Assembly: GCA_030651175.1 (NCBI GenBank)
Contig: JAUSCR010000015.1
Coordinates: forward strand, 1 to 42,821
DNA from: Dehalococcoidia bacterium
Lineage (GTDB): Bacteria > Chloroflexota > Dehalococcoidia > Lucifugimonadales > SHYF01
Length of the DNA stretch: 42,821 nt
Direction of reading: 5' to 3'
The notes beneath the pieces are model-generated. The model saw only the letters and a program-made list of their open reading frames with translations, made no database searches and was not told the DNA's origin. Below, piece after piece: positions 25,914 through 34,188 of the stretch. A program made the position numbers and the translations under genes. Positions within the stretch are counted from its first letter, which is position 1; each line of letters begins with the position of its first letter.

Positions 25914-26347
25914 TGAGGTGGACCCCATTAGTTGGACAGGATGGAGGCCAAACTAAGCGAGGGTCCCGCCTCTCTTGTTGCTTGTCCTGACCGGTAGACC
26001 TCTCCCGGTGTCCGGTACCCTAATGCCTGATGCGGCCGCTCCTCATTATAGAACATTAGGTAGCTGCCGATGCCCGCCCTGGCTTCTAGCACCTGACTAT
26101 ACGCCTTGATGTACACCTCCTCGTATTTCACGCTTCGCCAGAGTCGCTCGACAAAGATGTTGTCCCTGTACCGCCCCTTGCCATCCTGGCTGATCCGAAT
26201 CTCCCGCTCCGTGAGGAGCCCCGTGAACGCCGGATTGTGCTTCCGCCTCTGTTCTGTCATCGTCCTGCCCTCCTGCGCTTGTCCGCGCTTAGTTTACTGG
26301 CAGGACCTCTCGCTTAGCCACCTGTCCGAAATCCGGGGTCCACCTCA
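25914..26347 (-). mobile_element. internally deleted IS3-family element (434 bp) with both terminal inverted repeats
   Basis: The ends are tgaggtggaccccattagttggacagg (25914-25940) and the reverse complement of 26321-26347 (tgaggtggaccccggatttcggacagg). That is 21/27 identical: the first 13 nt, one internal position, and the 7-nt ggacagg block. The TG...CA termini are typical of IS3. Only the last 110 or so transposase codons remain inside. I saw no flanking target duplication. Confidence 0.7.
25928..26260 (-). pseudogene. C-terminal fragment of an IS3-family DDE transposase (integrase core)
   Basis: It reads DGKGRYRDNIFVERLWRSVKYEEVY...FYNEERPHQALGYRTPGEVY. The N-terminal two-thirds of OrfB and all of OrfA are absent. 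Confidence 0.8.
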
Positions 26348-26618
26348 AGGACATTTTGCCTGAACAGTTAAGGACTGAGATTATCACTGACCAATGGCAA
26401 TGGGCGGTTACTGGGCTTGTCCCGGCTAGAGGGGAGGAGTAGAATCGCAGAATCGAGTGAGGAGCTAGGATGCAGTAAGCGACTGATAGGCACGGGCACG
26501 CTGACCAGAACACCACGGGAGTCTTTCCTGTCTTGGCCCGATCCCCATCCAAGTAGCTGGTGTCACCCTACTCCTCAATTGTGATTAATGAGACTCAAGA
26601 CGAGATTAGGAGGAGCGT

Positions 26619-27389
26619 ATGCCATATACAACCGATAAGTACGAGGGCATGCTTGCTGAAACCATTACTGTCCAAGGGCACAAAGGGGACTCCATCCACG
26701 CCTATTTCGCCAAGCCACTAGGCCCCGGGCCGTTCCCTGGCATGGTGCTGATCCCCCACGCACCCGGCTGGGACGAGTTCTTTAGGGAGACCACACGACG
26801 GTTCGCTCACCACGGGTACTTGGCCGTTTGTCCTGACATATGGTGCCGCACTGGGCACGGTAAAATTGAGGATGTGTTGGCCAAAGCGCGCGCCGCAGGC
26901 GGCCTTCCGGATGACCAGGTGGTCGATGATGCCACCGGCGCTGCACGGTATATGAAGTCACTGCCAGTCTCTAACGGCAAGGTCGGCGTCATGGGCACCT
27001 GCTCCGGGGGCCGCCACACCTTCCTCACTGCCTGCAGGACTAAGGGTATATTTGACGCTGCCGTGGAGTGCTGGGGTGGTAACGTTGTCCAGGCTCCGGA
27101 GAGGCTCACTTCTGCACAGCCCGTCGCGCCAATTGACTACACCAAAGACCTCTCCTGCCCGCTCTTGGGCCTCTTTGGTGAGGAGGACCAGAATCCGACA
27201 CCTGCTCAGGTGGCGCTGCACGAGCAGGATCTCAAGAAATACAACAAGCAGTATGAGTTTCATATGTACAAGGGCGCAGGCCATGGCTTCTTTTACTACG
27301 ATCGCGCAATGTACCGCCAGGAACAGGCAGTGGATGGGTGGAAAAAAATCTGGACCTTCTTGGCAAATCACCTGGGTGGTGAAGCGTAA
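26619..27389 (+). CDS. dienelactone hydrolase family protein
   Basis: 256 aa with AGGAGG before the ATG. The nucleophile motif is GVMGTCSGG (G-x-C-x-G-G) and the catalytic His region is YKGAGHGFF. Confidence 0.85.
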   Translation: MPYTTDKYEGMLAETITVQGHKGDSIHAYFAKPLGPGPFPGMVLIPHAPGWDEFFRETTRRFAHHGYLAVCPDIWCRTGHGKIEDVLAKARAAGGLPDDQVVDDATGAARYMKSLPVSNGKVGVMGTCSGGRHTFLTACRTKGIFDAAVECWGGNVVQAPERLTSAQPVAPIDYTKDLSCPLLGLFGEEDQNPTPAQVALHEQDLKKYNKQYEFHMYKGAGHGFFYYDRAMYRQEQAVDGWKKIWTFLANHLGGEA

Positions 27390-27500
27390 TCCCACCTCGG
27401 TGCGCCATGATCGTCCAACAATGTCCGGCCCCTTGAGTGGGATTCCCAATTGACCGGGCAAAAGGTGCCCATCTGCCGCTCGGTTTCCTTGCATCCCGCC

Positions 27501-27731
27501 TAGCAGGCTGCTGAAAAAGGGGAGTCCAGAGGGGCGAAGGCCCCGGAGCCTGCCCTGAGCGAAGCCGAGGGGGTGGGGGTCTCTCACCGATGGGGTTCTA
27601 AGAACCCCTCCGGAAACTCTGGGGTATCCCCCAGAGTTTCCTTTCACCCCCTTCCTGGCCAGGCCTGTCCTGAGTAGGCCGAAGGCACTGGGTCAGGGGC
27701 ATGGTCGGATGAGTTTTTCCGCACCCTGCTA
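27501..27731. mobile_element. 231-bp MITE-like element with 20-bp imperfect terminal inverted repeats (family 2, full copy)
   Basis: The left end is tagcaggctgctgaaaaagg (27501-27520). The reverse complement of the right end (27712-27731) is tagcagggtgcggaaaaact, which gives 16/20 matches. There is an internal 13-bp perfect hairpin, ggaaactctgggg/ccccagagtttcc (27612-27641). The last 3 nt (cta) form the TAG stop of the radical SAM gene. Confidence 0.65.
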
Positions 27732-28799
27732 GTACACGACTGTGCCAGAGTTCATAACCGCCATCGAAACCTCGTGGATGTCGTAGACGCTCATAGGCGG
27801 TGCCAGGCCAGGGAACGAGAGGCCGGCGCGGATAGACGCCATCTGGACGCGCATCTCCTCGTGCGTGAGCGGCTCTACTCCGTCCCGCGCAGCGATGCGG
27901 CTGTAGTCTGAGCCGAGCGAATCGATGAATTCCGCGAAGTAGACCAAGTCGTTCTGATCCAGGCCCATGGAGTTCACGGCGCGGACTGTGTCGGCCACGT
28001 GCTGCTGAGAGAAGCGCCTTCCGCCTATGCCTATCATGACTATGACCCCCACCGAGACGCCGCCGCCCTTTATCTTCCGTACCGAGTCGATGGCGTCGGC
28101 GGAGGTGCCAGCTTTACACACCCACTGGAGGAGTTGGTCGTTGCCAGTCTCCAGCCCAATGTAGACGCGGCGAAGGTTGCGCATGGCCAACTTGGAGAAG
28201 TCGTCTACTGTCTTGTATCGCGTGGTGAAGGCGTCCACGAAGGCATACACGCCGTCGAACGCTTCCGGGTGTGATAGCTTGTAAAGCACGGCGTTTTCCC
28301 CTGCAGGGGTGATTTCAAAGGAGGCGTTGACCACATCTAACATGGAGACCAGCAGTTGCTCTGGTATGACGATGGCGTTGGCGTCGGCCAGGAAGATGGT
28401 GCGCCGCATTCGCATGGCGGGCCCCATGAACTCTTTCACCTGGGCCACGTGCCTGCGGAACTCCGGCAGGGTCTTGATGCGGAAGGAACGGTCCCGGTAG
28501 AAGGTGCAGAAGGTGCACCGGTTGTGGGAGCACCCCTCGGTGGCCTGAAGCACCAGCGTCATGTATTGGTCCGGCGGCAGAATGCTCACCGGCTTGTATA
28601 TGGAGAGGAACTTGCGCTTGAACTCCTCAGGACTCAACTCCGCGAAAGCCGGGACCGGCTCCAACTCTGCCAAAGAGACCGGTTTCGAAGCTCCATTGGC
28701 GCAAACTCTCTCGTCTTCATTCTCAAGGGCAACAATCCTCCCAACGCTGTTGGGGTCTGACTTGTGTCCTACTTTGTCATTTGGTGGCAATGCTGCCAT
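27729..28799 (-). CDS. radical SAM domain protein with a CX4CX2C cluster motif
   Basis: 356 aa with GAGG 8-11 nt before the ATG. The motif QATEGCSHNRCTFCTFY (Cys codons within 28506-28532) reads C-SHNR-C-TF-C. The remainder resembles an Elp3/MiaB-type TIM-barrel (YIGLETGNDQLL, GVIVMIGIGG). Confidence 0.8.
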   Translation of the reverse strand: MAALPPNDKVGHKSDPNSVGRIVALENEDERVCANGASKPVSLAELEPVPAFAELSPEEFKRKFLSIYKPVSILPPDQYMTLVLQATEGCSHNRCTFCTFYRDRSFRIKTLPEFRRHVAQVKEFMGPAMRMRRTIFLADANAIVIPEQLLVSMLDVVNASFEITPAGENAVLYKLSHPEAFDGVYAFVDAFTTRYKTVDDFSKLAMRNLRRVYIGLETGNDQLLQWVCKAGTSADAIDSVRKIKGGGVSVGVIVMIGIGGRRFSQQHVADTVRAVNSMGLDQNDLVYFAEFIDSLGSDYSRIAARDGVEPLTHEEMRVQMASIRAGLSFPGLAPPMSVYDIHEVSMAVMNSGTVVY

Positions 28800-28899
28800 A
28801 GGTCACGCCTCGTCCGTGCCAAGAATGTCGTTTGGCCCGAATCCTCCACTTCCGCGCTGGCTCTGATCCCCATGCCAGAGCAGAAAAAGTGTCACGCAA

Positions 28900-28928
28900 A
28901 CCATACCGTTGCCGTCTGGCCTAGTCAA
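28900..28928 (-). promoter_or_regulatory. possible sigma70-like promoter of the radical SAM gene
   Basis: On the minus strand: TTGACT (28923-28928), a 17-nt spacer, then TATGGT (28900-28905). It lies about 100 nt upstream of the ATG at 28799. Confidence 0.35.
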
Positions 28929-29189
28929 GTGACTTTCTCCAGTCCCATGGTCACAATGTCTGGCAGCTCCAACATTTTGCTGTACCATCAACATGCTCCC
29001 ACTATTCTCGGGGTGTAAGCAGTCAGCGATAATGGGACGATTTTCTGGGCTTACGTTCTTCTGAGGGCTCAAGCCGTGACCTGGCGGAGGATCACCGAAG
29101 TCCATCCGCCGGTAAGTCTGCCAGCCGGAGAAGGGTCAAGCCCAGCTGAGGTGGAGCCAGCGGAGTTGACCGAATACAGCTAGGTCTTC

Positions 29190-30119
29190 CTAGAGCCCCG
29201 TGAGTTCGGCAAGAGCCACTAGGTGATCAACGCTATCGAACACCGGATTTAGGAGCAAGTGCTTGGCCCCGGCCCGCTGAAGTTCTCCAATCGTCTGAAT
29301 GCAGTGTTCGGTGCTGCCCCATATACTGACCCTGGAAGCCATGTCAGCATTCCGATAGTAGTGTCCAAACCACTCTCGCAAACGACGTTCGGCACGGGCC
29401 GGGTTATCATCAATCGCCAGATATACCCGCTTCGATACAGCGAAGGTTTGAGGATCTCGGCCTGCCTCGTCCAGATGCCGCTTCACAAATTCAATTTGCT
29501 CTTTGAACTCCGAAATTGAAGATGACCCAGCACCCATCCAGCCGTCCCCATACCGCACCGCTCTCCGCAAAGCGTCGGAGTGTCGCCCGCCGAACCAAAG
29601 AGGTGGATGAGGGCTCTGTACTGGCTTGGGCTCCATATGGACGCCCTCCAGCACGTGGAAGCGGCCGCTAAAGTCGACGGCTTGTTGCGTCCACAACGCC
29701 TTCATTATGCGGACACTTTCCGTGAACCTGGCTACACGGGCGTCCGGGGAGATTCCGAAAGGTGCGTAGGTGCCTGTTCCTCCGCCGAGTCCCACTCCCA
29801 GTATCAGGCGACCGCCGCTCATCTGGTCGATGGTGCTGACGCTCTTCGCGAGGTGGATTGGGTTACGCAGGGGCACAACCAGCACCGACACGCCAAGCCG
29901 GATCGTTGAAGTAATACCTGAGACGTAGGTGAGAAGGCCAAGCGGTTCAAGGGCTGCGGATGAGCCCAGGGTCTGCTCTTGAACCCACACGCTATGGTAC
30001 CCGAGAGATTCCGCTTGGATGACGAAGTCGCGAATCAGTTCCATGTCGATCTTTCCACCAGGAAAGATCTGAGGCAGGGCTATGCCGAATTGGGTCGTTG
30101 TTTCTGATTGAGTCGCCAC
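29190..30119 (-). CDS. LLM-class (luciferase-like) F420-dependent oxidoreductase
   Basis: 309 aa with a GTG start 8 nt after GGAGG. It reads FGIALPQ...GYHSVWVQEQ...LVVPLRNPIHLAKSVSTIDQMSGGRLILGVGLGG, typical of the luciferase-like monooxygenase fold. F420 as cofactor is inferred from family resemblance. Confidence 0.8.
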   Translation of the reverse strand: MATQSETTTQFGIALPQIFPGGKIDMELIRDFVIQAESLGYHSVWVQEQTLGSSAALEPLGLLTYVSGITSTIRLGVSVLVVPLRNPIHLAKSVSTIDQMSGGRLILGVGLGGGTGTYAPFGISPDARVARFTESVRIMKALWTQQAVDFSGRFHVLEGVHMEPKPVQSPHPPLWFGGRHSDALRRAVRYGDGWMGAGSSSISEFKEQIEFVKRHLDEAGRDPQTFAVSKRVYLAIDDNPARAERRLREWFGHYYRNADMASRVSIWGSTEHCIQTIGELQRAGAKHLLLNPVFDSVDHLVALAELTGL

Positions 30120-30360
30120 TATTCAATCCTCCGGTCAGTCGAGATGAATGCGCGTATTCTGGGATGCCCCTCTGCTCGGTGGGCTTCTGGGCTCTGTGCT
30201 TGGGAAACGTTGCTCCTTTCCTGGGGGGTACTCTACCCCTCCTCAAGGAGCCTTTACCAGCCCTCACCGTCTTCGATAATCCAGGGCCGGAAAGTGTCCC
30301 AGTATCGCTGACTGCCAACACTGACTGGGTTGCCTGGACTCCAACCTCTGGCGGCAAGTA

Positions 30361-30780
30361 TCAGTACCTGAATGCTACCTGCTCAGGCTTGAGGCTGATG
30401 ATAACTCTGTTCTGCCTACGCATCCGTTCGATCTGGGAATCCACCCTGTCTGGCTCAACATACCGCCCTACTATCGATCGAGTGATAGGCCAGATTCCCT
30501 CCCCTTCTAGTATTGTTGCCGTGCCGGTTACCACGGCGTAGTCTTTAGCCAGAGGTTCAGAATATATGCACACGGATAGTCGATTGTCGTGCGACAGGTT
30601 GCGGTACTTCAGGCGCTCCTTGGTTGTGGAGATATTCACCGTTCCATTGATGTAGTGATACCAGTTGGGTGTCAGTTGAGGCAAACCCGTGCGACCAATA
30701 GTCGCGACAACGGCAATTCTGGACGGTGCCAGGAAATCCGCCAGTTTATGTTCTTGCTCAGATGTCAGGCCAGTATGCAT
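30361..30780 (-). CDS. PPOX-class (pyridoxamine 5'-phosphate oxidase-like) probable F420-dependent enzyme
   Basis: I prefer the ATG at 30780 (MHTGLTSEQ...), preceded by GGAGG. It reads IAVVATIGRTGLPQLTPNWYHYINGTVNISTTKERLKYRNL...RVIISLKPEQV. Confidence 0.75.
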   Translation of the reverse strand: MHTGLTSEQEHKLADFLAPSRIAVVATIGRTGLPQLTPNWYHYINGTVNISTTKERLKYRNLSHDNRLSVCIYSEPLAKDYAVVTGTATILEGEGIWPITRSIVGRYVEPDRVDSQIERMRRQNRVIISLKPEQVAFRY

Positions 30781-31229
30781 CGAACCTCCGTAACTTCTAT
30801 GGTTTGTCCATTCTAACATGCGTTGCAGCAAGCACGAGACCACATCCAACCGAGTCGGCCCGTGCAGCGACGGTAGAGCACTCCTATTTGCCAATCGGGC
30901 ACTTCGGGCAAGTAGCGATCCCCCAATACTGCCCCTGATACTGCCCCTGAACCTACTTCGCTAGCTTTCATTCTCTGTTGAGTCGCGTTCCCAGACCACC
31001 ATCCACCTTGCCATTCGCATGGAGAAGGATCGAAACCCACCCGTTGTGGGCTGACGTTGATGGGGAACTTGAAAGAGTTCCAGATTGCTGAAACCAAACA
31101 AACGGACGATTGTTACAACTCGACCCCAGAGATTCGGTTTCAAAGCCTAATTCGGATCCTGCTCTGGGAGCCAACGACTTGGTCGCCGATGTGCTGGTGA
31201 CGCTTCTGTTCATGTCCCTGGGCCTACCT

Positions 31230-32462
31230 TCACCCGTCGCCCTGCCCGCGCTCCTTGATGAAGGGTAGCAGCAGCAGGAGGGTGGCGCTCACCACCGCAA
31301 GGGCTAGCACCCCCGCCACCAGTGAGCCGGTAGCATCCCGCAGAAACCCTTGCAGGAAGGGGCCGCTGAAGCCGCCAACCTCTGCGGCCGTAAAGAGCAA
31401 ACCCCCTGCCAGCCCCATTCGCACCGTTCCTACCCCTGGCGTCTCCATCAGCACCAGCGTCAGCAGTGCCGTTATAGGGCTCCGCACAGTGGACGACATC
31501 ATCAGGCTGACCAGCAGCATAGGCCCATGCCCCAGGGCCAATCCAACCGTCGTCGCCGACGCGAGCGCCAGCAGCAGCCCCAGTGCCATCGTACGTCGCC
31601 CTCGCCTGACGTGATTTGGGACAAGCAGCAGACCTAGCGCTCCCAAAGCTGTGGACGACGCCGTCCACGCCCCCGCCTGGACCAATGTCATGCCACTCTC
31701 CTTCAGGAGGGTAGGGATCCAGTCGTTCAGGCCGTGGCCTACAAAAAAGGTAGCCATCGCCATGACCATCAATAGTTGCACGTTACGTAGGCTCAGAAGG
31801 CGAGGGCCGTCGCCGTCGTTAGCCTGCTGCCGCCCCTGAATTGCTGCCTGCTTTGTAGCCGGGATCTCCTTGGCGAACAGCCACCACGCGATGGCCGCTA
31901 GCGCTACTCCTGTGCCATATACCACAGAGATGCCTCGCCATGATCCGATGAACGGCACAACAACGCTGCTGGCCGTGGCCAGGGCAAATGTAGAGCCTAC
32001 TGTCGGACCGGTTAGGTAGATACCTGTTGCAAGGCCGCGCTCCTTGCCGCCAAACCATTGGGCCACCATTTTGGGTGCGCCAATAGAAATGACAGGGCCG
32101 CCAATGCCGAACAGTCCCACCGCTAAGAAGAGGGTGATGAAGTTGGTCGCGAGTCCTCGCAGCACCAGGGACGCCAGCACGACGATGATGCCGATCCCCA
32201 ATGCCTTGCGGACTCCCAGCCGGTCTACCAGCCAGCCCATTGGGGACGCCGTGCCGATGAACACAAGCGGCCAGGCGCCCAAGACCATGCCCATCTGGCT
32301 GTTGGATATGCCCAGGTCGGCGAGGATGGGATCCACCAGGGGCGGGATGCTGCTAGTGGTGATGCCAAAGCAGACGTACAGCATCCACACAAGGCCCAGC
32401 ATGAGCCATCGTTGACGGCTTGCGCTGGGCGCGAAGAGAACAGTGGCAGAGGTGGCGTTCAT
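31230..32462 (-). CDS. MFS transporter
   Basis: 410 aa with about 12 hydrophobic helices. The loop 2-3 motif is GWLVDRLGVRK. Confidence 0.85.
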   Translation of the reverse strand: MNATSATVLFAPSASRQRWLMLGLVWMLYVCFGITTSSIPPLVDPILADLGISNSQMGMVLGAWPLVFIGTASPMGWLVDRLGVRKALGIGIIVVLASLVLRGLATNFITLFLAVGLFGIGGPVISIGAPKMVAQWFGGKERGLATGIYLTGPTVGSTFALATASSVVVPFIGSWRGISVVYGTGVALAAIAWWLFAKEIPATKQAAIQGRQQANDGDGPRLLSLRNVQLLMVMAMATFFVGHGLNDWIPTLLKESGMTLVQAGAWTASSTALGALGLLLVPNHVRRGRRTMALGLLLALASATTVGLALGHGPMLLVSLMMSSTVRSPITALLTLVLMETPGVGTVRMGLAGGLLFTAAEVGGFSGPFLQGFLRDATGSLVAGVLALAVVSATLLLLLPFIKERGQGDG

Positions 32463-32821
32463 AGAAGCCCCAGCATTCTATCATCGACACTCACTCTCGT
32501 CCTGCCAAGTCTCTAGCCATACGGCCCTGACCTTTGGTAACCACTTGGGGCGAAGGTAGGCGGCCAGGGGTCTTCTGAACACGCCCTAGATAGGATGTAA
32601 ACCTAGACACCCTAAAATGAGCTGCTTCTTAACCTCAATATCTCGGGTCTCAAACTGTCCAATAGGCGCTGACACCCAACACTATGGGGACGCTCCGTAT
32701 TGTGATCCTGCCGTGCCAGTCTTCGATCTCGCTGCGGGCGTCGTTCCAGTCCGTGCGGGGTGGACAGAGAGCAGCCCCATTGCTATGATGGCGGCAAAGT
32801 ACGACTCGGTTGTCCGAACAC

Positions 32822-33700
32822 ATGATCATCAAGGATTTACTTCGACAAGGTGGCCTCTCGTTCTCCTTCGAGTTCTTCCCGCCTACCACCTCTGCGGGCT
32901 TCGACGCCCTGTACGCGACAATCGGTGAGCTTCAGCCACTGAATCCGACCTTCGTCTCCGTAACCTACGGCGCGGGCGGCAGCACCCGACGGAAGACCGT
33001 GGACCTGGTGGCCAAGATCAAGCATGAGCTGGGCCTAGAGAGCATGGCACATTTGACCTGTGTGGGCGCCACTCAGGCGGACCTCAGGGAAGTGCTGGAC
33101 GAACTGGTGGAGAAGAAGATGGAGAACGTCTTGGCAGTGAGGGGCGACCCGCCACGAGGGGCGGCCCGATTCGAGCCAATACCCGGCGGTTTCAGCCATG
33201 CCAATGAATTGGTCGCCTATATCCGGGCGAACTACCCCTTCTGCACTGGCGTGGCCGGCTACCCGGAAGGGCATCGGGAGGCGCCGGACCTGTCTACCGA
33301 CCTGGAGAACCTGAAGCGGAAAGTCGACGCCGGCGCCGCTTTCGTCATCACCCAACTCTTCTTCGACAACCGCTACTACTTCGATTTCCTTGACCGCGCA
33401 ACCGCCAGCGGCATCCGCGTGCCCATCATCCCCGGCATCATGCCGATCCTGAATGTGGCCCAGGTCAAGCGTTTCACTCAGCTATGTGGCGCCACCATTC
33501 CTTCCCCGTTCCTGGCCCAACTCGAGGCCCTAGACGATGACGACGATGCCGCCCAACAGTACGGCATCGAGCGTGCCACCCAACAGTGCCGTAACCTCCT
33601 GGCCAACGGAGCACCGGGGATTCATTTCTACACATTGAACCGCTCGCGTTCGACCTGGAAGATTTTCGAGAACCTGAAGATGATCGCACCGGCTGGCTGA
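32822..33700 (+). CDS. metF: 5,10-methylenetetrahydrofolate reductase
   Basis: It reads FSFEFFPP, VTYGAGGSTR, LAVRGDPP and ITQLFFD. I prefer the ATG at 32822 over the TTG at 32810. Confidence 0.9.
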   Translation: MIIKDLLRQGGLSFSFEFFPPTTSAGFDALYATIGELQPLNPTFVSVTYGAGGSTRRKTVDLVAKIKHELGLESMAHLTCVGATQADLREVLDELVEKKMENVLAVRGDPPRGAARFEPIPGGFSHANELVAYIRANYPFCTGVAGYPEGHREAPDLSTDLENLKRKVDAGAAFVITQLFFDNRYYFDFLDRATASGIRVPIIPGIMPILNVAQVKRFTQLCGATIPSPFLAQLEALDDDDDAAQQYGIERATQQCRNLLANGAPGIHFYTLNRSRSTWKIFENLKMIAPAG

Positions 33701-34022
33701 CTCTGGTTGCCAGGCAACCTCTCTTGTTCTACCTCTTGTGCGTTCACTCGATGCACCCCACTACCTTTTCGCCCGGTTCACGATTTGACTCACATATCCA
33801 CTGACCACCACCACCGATTGCATTCCGTTTCGGATGATAGGACTACCTAAGTCTGTGCGTTTTCCAACCTCAACGGAACGGACCCTTCGCTGGTTGAGCC
33901 TTGAAGCTGCCCAGCCGTTTGATCGCCCATGCTGCAAAGTCAAGTACCAGGCGTCGGTGCGGAACGCGTCTTGCTGAAGGGTGCTTCCAAGGCCTATCGA
34001 TGCCTGCACAGCAAGGTTTCGT

Positions 34023-34187
34023 CTAGTCGAAGCGCTTCAGATCCTCCACGGTTGTAGAGTCCAGCCGTTGGACCACTGCCACAACAAGGTCAACTGCATA
34101 GATAGCTCCTTGTGCTGTTGCGCTTACCTGGCTGATCCTGAATTCGCCCCATTCTCCGGCGAAGAATACCAAGCCGGGATTCCCCAT
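34023..34187 (-). CDS. possible 54-aa ORF abutting the MFS stop
   Basis: It falls below the track length cut-off. The ATG (34185-34187) lies 1 nt after the MFS TGA (TGAAATG). It reads MGNPGLVFFAGEWGEFRISQVSATAQGAIYAVDLVVAVVQRLDSTTVEDLKRFD. There is no clear RBS and no recognised family. Confidence 0.2.
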   Translation of the reverse strand: MGNPGLVFFAGEWGEFRISQVSATAQGAIYAVDLVVAVVQRLDSTTVEDLKRFD

Positions 34188-34188
34188 T

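Noticed and set aside
28803-29105. A 100-aa ORF (and shorter internal starts) immediately upstream of the radical SAM gene, considered as a candidate RiPP precursor peptide.
   Set aside because: There is no RBS at any of the ATGs. A similar-length ORF exists on the opposite strand (28764-29018). A good promoter-like site (28900-28928) lies inside the ORF and would exclude most of it from the transcript. There is no Cys/Ser/Thr-rich core or recognisable leader. It is worth a RiPP-finder run but is not supported by the sequence alone.
30926-30949. A perfect tandem duplication, atactgcccctg x2, in the 449-nt gap between the MFS and PPOX genes.
   Set aside because: There are only two 12-nt units, with no spacer periodicity and no further copies. 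It is too short for a CRISPR or a meaningful satellite, and is most likely replication slippage.
32463-32821. The 359-nt upstream region of metF, inspected for a SAM (S-box), SAH or THF riboswitch.
   Set aside because: By eye I could not find the conserved S-box cores or a THF-type fold. The region may simply hold divergent promoters for metF and the MFS gene. An Infernal/Rfam scan would be decisive.
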